The notes beneath the pieces were generated by a model. That model was not told the origin of the DNA. It saw only the letters and a program-made list of their open reading frames with translations, and searched no databases. A DNA stretch of 64,000 nucleotides, taken from Octopus sinensis. Lineage: Eukaryota. A program made the translations under genes and the position numbers. How positions within the stretch are numbered: the stretch's first letter is position 1; each line of letters opens with the position of its first letter. Shown piece by piece: positions 26,135-40,319 of the stretch. The stretch is from the NCBI RefSeq assembly GCF_006345805.1, contig NC_043006.1, forward strand, positions 82,956,001-83,020,000, given 5' to 3'.

Positions 26135-26492
26135 GTAAAAGGTAAAGAGCCCAGGTAAAGAGCCCCCTTGGTCATGAATGGCCATTGGATTGCACCTAGA
26201 AAGTTACCTCCAAGAAACAAGACCGGGCATGGTTGTTTATAGAAAACAGCAGTTGCCCATGTATACCAGCTTCCTTTCTCCACGCCGTCAATGTTGTCCA
26301 AGGAAAAGGCAAACGCCGGTACAGCTTGGCACCAGTGACGTCGCAACTCATTTCTACAGCTGAGAGTGAACCGGAGCAACGTGAAATAAAGTGTCTTGCT
26401 TAAGAACACAACACACAGCTCGGTCCGGGAATCGAACTCACTACCTCACGATTGTGAGTCCGACGCTCTAACTATTGAACCATGCGTCTTCA
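26135..26492 (-). mobile_element. tRNA-derived SINE family E
   Basis: Head catggttcaatagttagagcgtcggactcacaatcgtgaggtagtgagttcgattccc, followed by tgtgttcttaagcaagacactttatttcacgttgctcc (CORE-like). Head and core are shared with 57191. Confidence 0.7.
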
Positions 26493-26912
26493 CTAATCTC
26501 CAAGAGATATTATCAACCCAACTACATTGGGAAAAGGTTTCACTGTCCATACCAGAACCTAATATTCCAACACTCAAGAGCTCGAAGGCTTGCAGTTTTT
26601 CAGCATATTTCCAAATATTTAGTAAAATCTATATGGAGTAGGTTCAAGAAACACCTGATAACCAAATCCCTGAAATCGCAGAGTAACTAAAAACCCGGCA
26701 AGAATTTAAAATGTGTGTGGCAGTTGCAAAGACCATCACTCAACAGGACCGAAATGCAGGTGGACTGCGGACACATATTATAAAATATAATTTATGCGTG
26801 CATGCGCAAGTATGGAGGTGTACATGTGGGTGTGTGTGTATTAACATACAAATTTATATGTATATTTGCGTATATGCGAATAAGCATGTCTTTTCCTTGT
26901 GTGTGTGCGTGT

Positions 26913-26988
<76 letters not shown>

Positions 26989-27016
26989 AGGTTTGGAGAT
27001 GATGTACAGGTATTAT

Positions 27017-27241
27017 ATATTAGAAGAAATGAGGTCAGAAGATCGGATGGTTCATATTTATAGATATTTATTATATAAATGATTAAATTCCCCACAAAGG
27101 AATTAATTTGATTTGAAAACCCCACTAGAATGGGAGAAAGCGCTAATAATCTGAATGATATGATATATATATGTAAAAAATGTAATATATAAGTAAATAC
27201 CTATAAATATGAACCATCCGATCTTCTGATTACCTCATTTC

Positions 27242-27250
<9 letters not shown>
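27017..27250. repeat. ~55-bp inverted repeats around ~120 bp, next to (TA)n
   Basis: atattagaagaaatgaggtcagaagatcggatggttcatatttatag versus ctataaatatgaaccatccgatcttctgattacctcatttcttctaatat (3-nt indel). Confidence 0.8.
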
Positions 27251-27310
<60 letters not shown>

Positions 27311-27311
27311 G

Positions 27312-27344
<33 letters not shown>

Positions 27345-27345
27345 G

Positions 27346-27397
<52 letters not shown>

Positions 27398-27425
27398 CAC
27401 AGACAGACAGACAGACAGATAGATA

Positions 27426-27700
27426 TGTTCTTTATTAGCACACAGAAGGGACAGATTACAAAGTAAAGCTTTTTCTTTTTTCGATCAAAAGGGATCGTAA
27501 AAGGGAAAGAAGAAAAAAAAGGAAAAGAAACAAAAGAAAAAAAACGATCAATAGGGATCATGTATCACAGTGTCATGATGTAAGGTATAAAGGGGGAAGC
27601 AGATAAGATTTACAGAAAAGACCACGGTAACTTCGGTCAATATTGTTACATGTTACCACATTTGTTTGCAAGTAGGTAACCCACTGTTTTAAATTTCCGA
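27426..27700 (-). mobile_element. 5'-truncated copy (3' UTR only) of the Tx1-like LINE, flanked by (GATA)n on both sides
   Basis: Aligns by eye to 54531-54935 (tctttatt..cacacaga..tcaatagggatc..tcacagtgtcatgatgta..aagaccacggtaac..ggtaaccc). Confidence 0.85.
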
Positions 27701-27718
27701 GATAGATAGATAGGTAGG

Positions 27719-27789
<71 letters not shown>

Positions 27790-27862
27790 GTGAAATAACA
27801 CAGAGTTGCTAATAGCATAAATCTGAATAAAAAAAGCAAATAAAATTTATTAGATACCATAT

Positions 27863-28900
27863 ATTGGGTTGGCAAAAAGTTCCCGCGGTTTTTTTAAATT
27901 TTGGAATTTATCGCGTATTTAAATTTTGGAATCTTTTTTTTTTCTAGTTAATTTTAGTTATTTTCTGTTTATTTTCAGGTCATTAGAATGGAATGTCAAG
28001 TTAAGAAAAATGAGCATTTTCGACACCTCCTTCTTTTTGCTTTCAATCAAAGTTCTAAGGCCGCAAAAGCTTCTCTGGCATTTGTGCTGTGTATGGAGAG
28101 GGTGCCATAGCAGACAGAACCGCTCGTGATTAGTATGCCCAGTTCAAAAAGGGAAATTTTGACCTCAAAGACGCATCTCGTTCTGGCCGTCCAGTTGAGT
28201 TCAATGAAGAGAGATTAAACCATCTTTTGCACGAAAATTCTCGTCAAACGACAAGGGAACTGGCAGAGAAAATGGAATGCTCCCACACTGCCATAGAGAA
28301 GCATCTTCACTCAATGGGAAAGGTTCAGAAGTATGGAGCATGGATTCCGCATGCTTTAAGTGACAACAACCATAATCAACGAGCCACAATCTCCGCTGGT
28401 TTGCTTGCTCATCACCGTTCAACCCCTGGACACAAGCAACGATTTATTTACCGAATCGTTACTGGCGATGAAAAATAGTGCCTGTACATTAATATGAAGC
28501 AGCGTAAGGAATGGCTTAGCCCCGGCAAAAGGGCGACACCGCGCGTGAAACGAGATCTTCATCTGCGTAAAACGATGTTGTGCGTATAGTAGGACTGGGA
28601 AGGAATTCTCCATTAAAAATTGCTTGAACGGAACCAAACGGTCAACGCGGAACTCTATGTTCAACAGATAGGACGACTCAACACGGCTATCCAAGAGAAA
28701 AGCCCTAATCGGCAGCATGGAGTTCTACTGCATGACAACGCCCGACTTCATATCGCCAATATGACCAAGGAAGCCATGCTAACGCATGACCGAAAAGTGC
28801 TGCCACACCCGAGTACTCTCCCGATTTGGCACCAATGGATTTTCACCTCTTTCGATCTCTTTCAAATGCTATCCGCGGAGTTTCGTTCAATACTGATGCA
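27863..28900 (+). mobile_element. Decayed mariner transposon with left TIR and disrupted transposase
   Basis: TA followed by TIR ttgggttggcaaaaagtt. ATG at 27988 gives MECQVKKNEHFRHLLLFAF. Motifs SRSGRP, WIPHALS, IVTGDEK, HDNARLH and YSPDLAPMDFHLF are present, with stops and frameshifts. Confidence 0.9.
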
Positions 28901-29447
28901 GAATAATTATGTAATTTAAAATATAAACAATAATAAAAGATTAAAGAATTTACTTTTTAAAATGAAACTAACAGTAAGATGGAAAGTAATGTTTATTTTC
29001 GTATACTTCCACGTTATTTGTATTTGGGAAGCTTTCTACAACTTATTATTTTTTTTTTGCAAACTCTTTGATCAGGTCCTCACAATCTTTCGTAACATAT
29101 CTGCTTCTATATACTTACAAGAGATAACGCATCCCGATGTTAGTCTAAGGAGTTTACAGTGATTTCTTTTGTGCCGTAAACCATTTACTATTGCTGTGGT
29201 GCCCCTACTCCTTTCTGTCCTAAGCACGTAATTATTTTGCTTAATGGTTAATTCAACTCTGCCTAGAGCTGGCCTTGCTTGCACATATGCACGCACACAC
29301 GCACACTCACACACACAGATACATACACACACATATATATATATACGTATATACATACAAAAGTGCATATGTGCGTATATATATATATGTGGATCCCTCT
29401 ATCATATATATTCCAGGAACCTGAGATATCTATCTATCTATCTATCC

Positions 29448-29489
<42 letters not shown>

Positions 29490-29493
29490 GTCT

Positions 29494-29530
<37 letters not shown>

Positions 29531-29535
29531 TATAT

Positions 29536-29574
<39 letters not shown>

Positions 29575-29634
29575 TACGCACATATATATATAAATATATA
29601 TATAAATAAGAATATATATATGACTGTATATATA

Positions 29635-30078
29635 TTCTTTTATTATTTTATTTGTTTCAGTCATTTGACTGCGGCCATGCTGGAGCACCGCTTTAGTTGA
29701 CCCCAGGACTTATTATTTCTAAGCCTAGTACTTATTCTATCGGTTCTCTCTTGTCGAACCGCTAAGTTACAGGGACGTAAACACACCAGCATCGCCAGTC
29801 AAGCGATGTTGGGGCGGGGACAAACGCAAAAACACACAAACATATACATTTATATATTTGTGTATATAATATATATATATATAATTATATATATATATAT
29901 ATATAATATATATATATACGACGGGCTTCTTTCTGTTCCCGTCCGCCAAATCCACTCACAAGGCTTTGGTCGGCCCGAGGCTATAGTAGAAGACACTTGC
30001 CCAAAGTGCCATGCAGTGGGACTGAACCCGGAACCATGTAGTTGGTAAACACGCAACTTGCCACACAACCACTCCTGC
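29635..30078 (-). mobile_element. SINE family A, near full length
   Basis: Head, body, internal TA tract and tail are all present. Confidence 0.85.
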
Positions 30079-30128
30079 ATCTATAAATATATATCACTAT
30101 ACATGTACATATATATGTATGTATATGT

Positions 30129-30159
<31 letters not shown>

Positions 30160-30196
30160 GATATATAGATATATATATATATAGATATATATATAT

Positions 30197-30251
<55 letters not shown>

Positions 30252-30252
30252 T

Positions 30253-30333
30253 GTTTCTTTATTAGCCACACAGGGCTGCACACAGATAGAACAAATTACA
30301 AGGTAGAGCTTTTCTTTTGAAGGTATTAAAAAA
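30253..30333 (-). mobile_element. Extreme 3' end of the Tx1-like LINE, flanked by GATA repeats
   Basis: gtttctttattagccacacagggctgcacacagat..ttacaaggtagagcttttctttt is nearly identical to 54532-54598. Confidence 0.85.
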
Positions 30334-30448
30334 GATAGATAGATGCATACATACATGTAGATATATATGGAAATAAAATACATGTATGTGCACACACATA
30401 TATACACACACACGTGCACACACGCACACACACACACACACGCACACG

Positions 30449-30536
<88 letters not shown>

Positions 30537-30674
30537 GCACACCCGCGCTTGTATGCATACAGTCCCTCGTGTTACGTGTCTTCCGACTTCACATCGTTTT
30601 ATTATTTTTCTTTGGAAAGTAACGGAAAAATAAACCTCAAATTCATCGGTCTCAGCGGACATTCTAAAAGACAT

Positions 30675-30725
<51 letters not shown>

Positions 30726-31304
30726 GTAGGATCGTTATTTAAAATAACGATCAATCAACTGTCAGCATGAGAAGAAATATCTTATCAGGTAAAAATATAA
30801 TTGTAATGTGGTTTTTAGAGTCAGTTTTGACTGCTATATCAAGCATGATGGTATCTCTTAGATACCCTTATTTATGATTTATGTTTATGAATACACGTGA
30901 AATGATATTGCAACCATTTATCAAAACAGATATAACCTAATACATATTTGTGAAATCTGTTTTCGTGTAACATCGTTTCTCGAGTTAAGTCCCATGCCTT
31001 GGAACTAATAGCGGAAGCATTTGAAGTACGCCTTGATACATACATACCTGCATACATACATACATACATACATACATTCATATTGATGCATATACAAACA
31101 TACACACACGTATATATCTATGTATATACATGCATACATTCATACAGATATGTATATATGCGTGTGTGTCTGTCTGTGTGTGTATATGTATATATACTTG
31201 TATATATACATACATATATATATATATAAATATATAGATAGATGTAACTATATATCTACGTGTAGGCATACATATATATAAATATAGGATATATAGATAC
31301 ATGC

Positions 31305-31336
<32 letters not shown>

Positions 31337-31376
31337 AAACATATTTGTATATACTTGTAAATGCACCTATGTGTAT

Positions 31377-31421
<45 letters not shown>

Positions 31422-31436
31422 GTATATATGTATATG

Positions 31437-31475
<39 letters not shown>

Positions 31476-31599
31476 TATATATATATTATTATATACATAT
31501 GTATGTATATGTATAGCTATATATGTGTATATATATATAGTATATATATAATATACATATATTATGTGTGTATGTATATATGTTGTATATATATGTATG

Positions 31600-31699
31600 N
31601 NNNNNNNNNNNNNNNNNNNNNNNNNNNNNNNNNNNNNNNNNNNNNNNNNNNNNNNNNNNNNNNNNNNNNNNNNNNNNNNNNNNNNNNNNNNNNNNNNNN
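31600..31699. other. Assembly gap (100 N)
   Basis: Run of n. Confidence 1.
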
Positions 31700-32419
31700 C
31701 CTACTCTCTTATTGTTGGTCTATTATTATCCTATCATTATCATTTTTCTATTAATTTGTAACATTTTATTGTTATTTTATTGATATTACTGTTATTTGTT
31801 TCGTTGATGTTGATGCCACCTTCAGCATTATTGTTTTAGTGTCACCCATTATTCCACAAATTTATTTTAATTCTTTTATATCTTAGTTTTCTATAATATT
31901 AAATTTAGAAATTTTAACTTTAGTTCAAGTTTTAATCCGTAACCCTTTTATTGGTTTAAGCTGTAAAACCCGTCTAATCAGGTTAATCTTAATTCACATT
32001 TGACTTGCAACAACTTTAACTTGACCTCATCCCATTTCGACCTAACATTTCTCAATCTATCAGTATTTACATCCTGGCTAATAAGGCCATTCTCGACCTC
32101 TACACTACAATATTCCTTCATTTTCTAATATAATTCCCCTACTATGCTTGATAGCAACAATCACCAAATATTATAGTCTTAGATTCACTATGTGTATAAA
32201 AAACCCATTTCAAATTTCAACACAATATACAATATATAATGCTAATATGGTAATATATGTTGACCTGACTACAAACACTAATATTTTATGAATGTCTCAC
32301 TTGCAAAGTTCGGCAATGCAATGCCCTTGCTTCTATTAAGTGACTCTTATACTATTTCCTTACTTATTTTCATTCCCCGTAACCTGTCTTCCTCTTTTCT
32401 CTACTCTACTTGCATCTTT

Positions 32420-32720
32420 CCAGCTCTGGAACTAGGAGCATGTGTACTTCATTGTGTCTCTGGGAGCATCTTCGAAAACCTCCTTGATCTTAGCCACTGG
32501 CTCGGCCTTGGGCTTGCAGTTAGGACGATTGGTATCTTTCTCAACCGTGCCCTACATATAGTGCTACATAGAATTACAATCGGGAGAATTATTAGGTCAG
32601 AAATTGGAGCTGGTGAAATCATAGAAATTCCTGAGCCCTTATTTCTGACTCTTTCCAGAGGTATGCCAAGGAACCGAATGCTGCGCCTACATATATACTT
32701 CAAGCAGCGACCCTCTTCAG
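32420..32720 (-). pseudogene. Tc1/mariner-superfamily transposase C-terminal relic
   Basis: Minus frames read QHSVPWHTSGKSQK (QDSAPCHTS-like) and F*PNNSPDCNSM*HYM*GTVEKDTN (WPPNSPDLNPLDYYVWGxVE-like). Confidence 0.65.
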
Positions 32721-33145
32721 ACAGATATTGATCTCACTCTACAGTAGCTTCACATAGCCGTGTGAATTAAGGTGAAGGCTTTGTTCAAAGATTTCGATGA
32801 ATGCCGGTGCGCAGACGCAGTCAAGCACGCTTGCTTTGTCCCTTCCTGCTGGTCACGGTTTGGTAGACTTTGTTGCAGTTGTTACGTCTTACAGCCCACA
32901 AATACAATGTTCATAGAGCATTGAACAATAGTCATGATGTTGGTGTTTTAACACCCGGCGCGAATCATCATAATAGAGATAACTCTTTTCCAATATTCAG
33001 GTGGCTTCCAGTCTTCCATTTCAGCTAACTTTCTCACCTACAACTTTATGCTCTCCAACACTGTTGACAGCTAGCTGTTCCTAGAAAAAAGGGGGAAAAC
33101 TAAAGAAATCGTCAAATTTATCTCGATCACACATTGTACATGCAT

Positions 33146-33822
33146 ACGAGGAGGTACCCAAAAGAAACCGGAATTTTGCAATATTATTTTATTCACTTAG
33201 TTTCACATGCTTACAAGTTTATCGCCTTCAAAGTATTCTCCATTTGAAGCAATGCATCGGCCCAGGCACGCTTTCCATTTTTCGAAGCAGTGCTGGAACT
33301 CTTGCGAAGTGATGCCTTTTAACGCCTCCGTCGTTTCTTTTTTCTTCACCTTTTCCACATCTGCAAATTCCGTAGCACCAGCTTTGGTCGCCAGTAATAA
33401 CCCTCGTAAAAAGTGCGGATCGACTTCCAGTTGTTCTTTCATTTCACGGCACACATTCAGTTGTGACTGCTTTTGATCTTCCGTGAGCAGATGAGGCACA
33501 AATTTGGCTGCAACTCTTTTCATTAGTAATTCCTCGTTCAAAATTCATTGGCAGGAGCTCCATGACAGTCTTATCAAAAATTGTTCAGTGACGGATATTT
33601 TCATTCATGCGAGAGGGCGCCGGTCGCCCTGTATGAAGTTGGTCCTGAATCGACAAGTGGCCATTCATAAAGCGTGACAACCACTCGTAAACTTGTGTTT
33701 TGCTCATGGCAGCATCTTTGTAAACTGTTAAAAGCATGACGACTGTTTCGGCCACGGTTTTCCCCAGAGGAAAGCAGAATTTCAAGGAGGCACGCTCTTC
33801 CTTCGTTTCAACCATCGCAAAA
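33146..33822 (-). mobile_element. Internally deleted mariner element
   Basis: N-terminus EERASLKFCFPLGKTVAETVVML..AMSKTQVYEWLSRF..GRP, then KFVPHLLTEDQKQ, and C-terminus FQHCFEKWKACLGRCIASNGEYFEGD. Terminus tacgaggaggtacccaaaagaaaccgg. Confidence 0.85.
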
Positions 33823-33824
33823 AT

Positions 33825-33942
33825 CGATGAGACCGATAGAATAAGTACTAGGCTTACAAAGAATAAGTCCTGGGGTCGATTTGCACGACGAAAGACGGTG
33901 CTCCAGCATGACTGAAACAAGTAAAAGAGTAAAGAGTAAGAG

Positions 33943-33945
<3 letters not shown>
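33825..33945 (+). mobile_element. SINE family A 3' fragment
   Basis: gagaccgatagaataagtactaggcttacaaagaataagtcctgggg...actgaaacaagtaaaagag. Confidence 0.75.
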
Positions 33946-33996
<51 letters not shown>

Positions 33997-34431
33997 ATAT
34001 ATATATATAACTGCATCCAATTGTTTCCAACACCTCTGACATCACAACGCCAATCCACATGTACACATAAACATGCATACATACACATGCACATATACAC
34101 ACATATATACACATACAAAACTACATACGCATACATTTCTACTATACTTTAGACATCACACATGTGACTATTTGAAAATAAGGCTGAAGCAGACATCGTT
34201 ACCCCCGCCACTATCACTACTACGAGCCAACGACGGACGCACTAAGTGATTGCTTGATCTATTAGATGCCACAGCCAAGATCTCCTTCAGCTCATACGCT
34301 TACGTCAATGAACAGAACAAGCTACATAAGATGGTCTTGGGTAGCCTGCCTCATAGGGAAAAGGCAAAATGGTCGCATCTGGAACGCTTTACGACCAAGG
34401 CTGACCCGCCCGGAGCTAAGCGACAACAAAA

Positions 34432-34755
34432 GACTGCTACCACTTCTACTACTACTAATACCACCACCACCACCACCACCACCACCACCACCACCACCAC
34501 CACTACCACCACCGCCACTACTACTACTACTACTACTTCAACTACTATTACTACTACTACTACCACCACCGTCACTACTACTTCTACATTCACCACCACC
34601 ACAGTCACTACTACTACTGCCACTACTACTACCACCACCACTGCCACCACCACCACCACCTCCACCACAACTACCTCCACCACCACCACTACTACTATTA
34701 CTACAACTACAACTACTACTGCCACCACCATCACCTCTACCACTACCGCCGCCAC

Positions 34756-34805
<50 letters not shown>

Positions 34806-36240
34806 GCTGCTGCTTCTCCAACAGCAGACGCTTTTGTTTACGCCATGCAATCAAAGCACAACTGCATTTACCACACCACCACCACCACCACTGTCACTAC
34901 TACTTCTACCATCATCACCACCACAGCCACTACTACACAGCGTATCGTCCATCACAACTGTCATCATCATCATCATCATCAGCATCATTACTACCAACTC
35001 TACCACCATCAGAACAACATCTATCATCACCACCACCACTACCACCGTCAGAACTTCCGTTATAACGGCCATCACTTCCGCTCTGCTCTATACGCACCAC
35101 CACCACTGCCACCACCACCACCACCACCACTACCACCACCACCACCACCACCACCACCACTACCACTACCACTACCATCGTTACAACCGTCACAAGCAGC
35201 ACAAAGACCGCCTGCGCTACCGCCGTGAATACAATTCCCACCACCATTACCAGCTTCACCGCAACTACCTCCACTGCTATCGCTATCTCTACCACCACCA
35301 CCACAATGCTCACTGGCACAACAACCGTCTTTTCTACTAACACTATCACCACCACCACCACCAACCCAACTACCATCACCACAGCCACTACAACTACAAC
35401 TACCACAACCATCACCGCAACCACCACAACTACTGCTGCCACACCCGCTACAACAACAACCACTACCGCCACCACTACCAATGCAACAAGCACAACTACC
35501 ACCATAGCCATCACCACCACTACAACTACTACAATCACCACAGCCACCGTAGCCATCACAACTATCAACGCAGCCTCCCCTACCACAACCACCCCATCTC
35601 ACCACAATCACCACCATGACAACCACCACCAGCACTAAAATCACCCCGACCTCACCACAATCACCACCACAACCACCACTATCATCAAAACTACCAACGT
35701 CACCACAACCACCCCCACCTCACCACAACCACCATCACAACTACCACCACCGCAACTAACACCACAACCATGACACCATAACCACCACCTCTACAATCAC
35801 AAACACTACTGCAACCAGCACAACCACTACCACCACCATTATCCACACTAAAACTACCAATGCCAACGTCAACAAACCATCGCTACCATCACCTGCACTA
35901 CAGCCGCTTTATGCAATAGCACGACTACAGTGACCACTACAATGGCACTCCACTATCTCCTGCACTACGTCCCCAACACCATCACTACTAACTACCAGTA
36001 CTACCACTACCACCACCAAAAACCATATCACCTTCATCACATCGCAACCGCTACATCACCAATACTACTACCACAACAATCTAACCTAAAGTCATCACCA
36101 CAACAACTACTATCACTTGCGCCATTCCACTACCGCCACCAATGACCACCATCACCACCACCACCACCACCACCACCACCACCATACTATCATCACAATC
36201 ACTGCTACCACCAAAAATGCCACATCAACTTCATCATAAC
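34432..36240. repeat. Long ACC/ACT/CAC trinucleotide low-complexity tract
   Basis: About 1.8 kb of mixed triplets. Produces poly-T/P/H/V ORFs in several frames. Confidence 0.9.
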
Positions 36241-37029
36241 CGCCGCCGCCATCTTGTTATTTTTACATCGCATGTGAATAACGATTAACGGCGGATACAT
36301 CCCTTTTAAGCCTCTTACCTGGCGGTAATCTTGGTCCTAGCTATTCATGCTAGGTAGAACCAGTGGTCTCTCTCTGTAAACTATATAGATCATTGATCGT
36401 TATTTAGCGAACTGTGCGGTTGGAGCGATTTTCAGAGGCGATTCGGACGATGGAGCGAGCGGCAGAGAGCTTTGCAGGCGGTTTTACTTTTGCAGGCGAG
36501 GATGAAGGTTGTGGGAAGATTGGGCCGACTTTGAGGCGGACTGGAGAGGTGAGGTTTGAGGGGAGATTGGGTCGGTTCGGGGGCAGTTAGGTAAGGTGAG
36601 GTATGTGGAAAAACTGGGCCGGTTGGGTTTGGATTGTTGATGGTGTGGTTTGTGGGGAGATTGCAACGCTCTGTGGCGTATTGGTGAGGTGAGTGTAGAG
36701 GGTAAATTGGCTTGGTTCGGGGCGGATTGGTGAGGATTGTGGGTAGAATGGTTTGGTTTGGGAACGGATTGTTGGGGGGTGACGCTTGTGAGAAAATCGG
36801 GCCGCTTTTGGGCGGATTGGTAGTGTTTCAGAGAGGGCGGGAACTGGACGGTGGATGTGAGGGTTGTAGTTTGAGCGGTTTGGTTTTAGAAGAAGACGAT
36901 TTGGGTTGTCGGTCACGACTTTTACATTTGGAATTCATTGGAACATCATGTTAAAAAACAAATATCTTTGGATCGAGAAATATGTATATATAAACAAAAA
37001 CCGAAAATAGCAATATATAAATCAATATA

Positions 37030-37345
37030 TGTTTATTCTTTTACTTGGTTCAGTTATTTGACTGCGGCCATGATGGAGCACCGCCTTTAGTCGAACAAAT
37101 CAACCCCAGAACTTAATTCTTTGTAAGCCTGGTACTTATTCTATCAGTTTCTTATGCCGAACCGCTAAGTTACGGGACGTAAACACACCAACTTCTGTTG
37201 TCAAACGATGGTGCGGGGAGAAACACAAACACAAAAATACCTGCATAATACATACATACATACACATACATACATACACACACATACATACATACACACA
37301 CACACTCACACACACATAGTCTCCGTGTACCAAATCCACTAACGA
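37030..37345 (-). mobile_element. SINE family A, 5'-truncated
   Basis: Tail and body motifs match the family. Confidence 0.8.
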
Positions 37346-37399
37346 AAACAAAAATGGGGAACCTTGCATTACACATGCCCACACAATTTCTTTTTAAGG

Positions 37400-37600
37400 A
37401 TATTAGTTCTAGGGGAGACGTTGCGTATCGGCGAACACCAACTCGATATTTGTTCCGAAGGTCTTTCCGATCGGGGACTACCATGGATAATTTTCAGCAC
37501 TTGGCCCTGCAATGTTATCAAGATGCGCTATCGGTTCGAGATAAAATCTATAGATATGAAAGTGCCGCCAGACAGGTTTATCCTGGGGACTGGGGGGGGG
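37400..37600 (+). pseudogene. Old fragment of a Tx1-like LINE ORF2 (pre-zinc-finger region)
   Basis: RYLFRRSFRSGTTMDNFQHLALQCYQDALSVRDKIYRY aligns with RLFGTTFGPGPMDNFQRSLAWQCYREALPVRDKLHRH of the 54939-56483 ORF. Confidence 0.8.
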
Positions 37601-37899
37601 CGATGTAATCGATTATTCCACTCCCTCAAAATTTCAGACCATATACCTATAGTAGAAAGTATTATTTTCAGATAGAATTTGTAGTTTTCGTATTCGGTTT
37701 GAAAGATTTTTGATATGAATTCTTATATCGAAACGAATCGTGTTTTTTTTTTCTTGGAAGGTTCATATCGCCTTCTCGGAAAGTTTCCGAGCAGACCTTA
37801 CAAAGGGAAAACAAGACACTGTAAAGATCATGAATCGCGACGAAATGACCTTCCCTAATACTATACAGCCGTTCACCATTTTCTTTTCAATGAATCGTA

Positions 37900-38673
37900 T
37901 TGTCCTTGTTTTACACATTTATTGTAGGTATTCGGCACTTTTCTACTTTTGTTTGTACATTTTGAGCTGATAAGTATTGGAAATTTAATTTCTTTTGCCA
38001 TAAAGATGTAACTTCTTTCGAAATTTCCTTTGTTCCTTCTTTCTTTCTTTTGATGTTACCTCTAAGGAACAGGTAGCGACCGACAATTTGAAGTTTCATT
38101 GGTATCCTGCAGTTGTTTTCCAAAGAATGCTCTTCTAGAGGAACAGGTCTTCTTTTCTATGTGAGTCTTGAAATTGCACGAGATTCTTAGCCCAGATTTT
38201 TTGTTTCTTTGAAAGGCATAAGCACTTCTCTTATGAGACATTATTTTAGGTACTCTAGTTGGAAAAGCCTACTATTCTGAAATAACAGTTAATATAGTCA
38301 GAGTTTTTAGCGTCACAGAAATAAAAGGGAGAGGAAAAGGATATTACCTAAAGAAGGGCCAAAGTAGTAACAAATTAAAAATCTCTGTAACTCCTAAACT
38401 ATTTAAATTTGAAAGCAGAAATTTGAGATATATTGCTTCTGCATTGCATTAAGTCAGCACACAAGTTTGGTAAAAATTCGAGTAGGCCTTATGAACCCCC
38501 TAGAATTTTGTATGAGTTGGGTCAAAAGCGGTGTTAGATTTCTTCAGTTAGGGGTAAGGTTTTTTTTTTCTTGGAAAACTTAAAATAAAGGTTATTTTCC
38601 ACACTTATATGAAATTGTTCATTGATGTTTGATAGAGGAAATTGTTTACTTCCAAAAAATCCAAAAGTCATAA

Positions 38674-38680
<7 letters not shown>
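37900..38680 (-). mobile_element. Possible DNA-transposon relic (Sola2-like N-terminus)
   Basis: RIPMKLQIVGRYLF...ISKEVTSLWQKKLNFQYLSAQNVQTKVEK resembles the LPT..QV...VxxEVxxIWxKA..P...IxxKLxK pattern I recall from Sola2-like proteins. Weak. Confidence 0.3.
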
Positions 38681-38745
<65 letters not shown>

Positions 38746-39231
38746 ATCCGGAAATGGGAGGTGGTGAAAGAAAGAGAAAGAAGGGAGGAACACAGTTAAA
38801 GAAACAACAGACAAGCCGCCAACCAGCTATAGTGATGGATAATTAGATATGCAGGCATGCAGGTACTCAGCCATCCAGTCATTCAGCTATAACGTGCATT
38901 TACACATTGGAGATCCCCTTACAGATAGTCGATCTGACACTTAAATGACTCATTGATCGCTGACGTAACCCAAGATTACAAACCACCATCTCACACATCT
39001 TGTGAAAGAACGGCAGATTTCTGAAATCAGTAGAACATCTCACAAAGTTTCAGAAAAGCTATTTAGCCACGTTCAATAACGTTTCGGTTTCAAGTCACAC
39101 TGGCGGACACTTTGCATTCCATCTTTCGGGAGCCGCTAGTGTAAGTAACGCAGTCTAGAACTGGGGCTCCATTCGATCAGATGTACTTTGCTCTGCTGGG
39201 TGCTCCTGTATTTCTATCTTTAGAAATGACA

Positions 39232-39264
<33 letters not shown>

Positions 39265-39291
39265 AAATGTTAATACTGCTGCTGCTAATAG

Positions 39292-39326
<35 letters not shown>

Positions 39327-39777
39327 TTACTCCTCCTCCTACTACTACTACTACTCCTACTCCTATTACTCCTCCTACTACTACTACTACTACTACAACT
39401 ACTACTAGTACTACTACTACTAAAAGTCCTGTTGCTGCTACTGCTACTACTACCACTAGCACTACTACAACAAATGTTAATACTGCTGCTGCTAATACTA
39501 CTACTACTCCTACTGCTACAACTGCTACTGCTGCTGGTACAACTACTACTGTGTGTATGTGTATGTGTGTGTATGCATGTGTGTATACGTGTGTGAGTGT
39601 GTGTTTGTGTGTCAATTTGATGGAGGAAGTGAGCTAATGTGCGGCACGAACATTCGATCATTAGAAACAAATAACTTGTGCAGGCCGTACGGCAAAAGCT
39701 GAACACTCATACGTCGACTTCGACGGGTGAGTCCATGATATATACATGTATACACACGCACACACACACGCACGCAT

Positions 39778-39828
<51 letters not shown>

Positions 39829-40255
39829 TACGCACACACACACATGCACACACACACATATATATATATATATCAGGAACGTGACACCTGGGTAGGCAAG
39901 GTAGACAGTGCCTACCCTGAATAAGATAAATCGATAGTAACATTTTCCTTTTATGGCAAAATATGCACCAAATTCAATAAAGTTATGAAAGTTACTCTGA
40001 TTACTATGCATAAAATAGAAGCATATTTTATTTTTTATAGATTAGGTAGGAATAATTCACCCCTGCCTTTCAATCTCAGTATTAAAGCTACACATTGTAC
40101 TGCTGTAGTATACGTGCTGCGTACATTCCTACAACAACGTTTTCTATACGTACTATAAAGGCAGAAGTGCCTCCAAATCAGTCGCGCGGCTGTTTCGCTT
40201 TTTTTGTATGTGTGTTTTACTACATAAACGTCACTAACTGCCTGACGTCATGTGC

Positions 40256-40315
<60 letters not shown>

Positions 40316-40319
40316 TACA

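Noticed and set aside
34250-35644. Long Thr-, Pro- and His-rich ORFs resembling mucins
   Set aside because: The triplet low-complexity tract is open in several frames on both strands, with no signal peptide, domain or splice evidence.
39155-39706. Poly-Ser/Leu/Val ORFs
   Set aside because: (TAC)n-derived repeat.
39612-39735. Unique CpG-containing segment ending in a GTGAGT donor
   Set aside because: Could be a non-coding first exon, but there is no acceptor or coding support from sequence alone.
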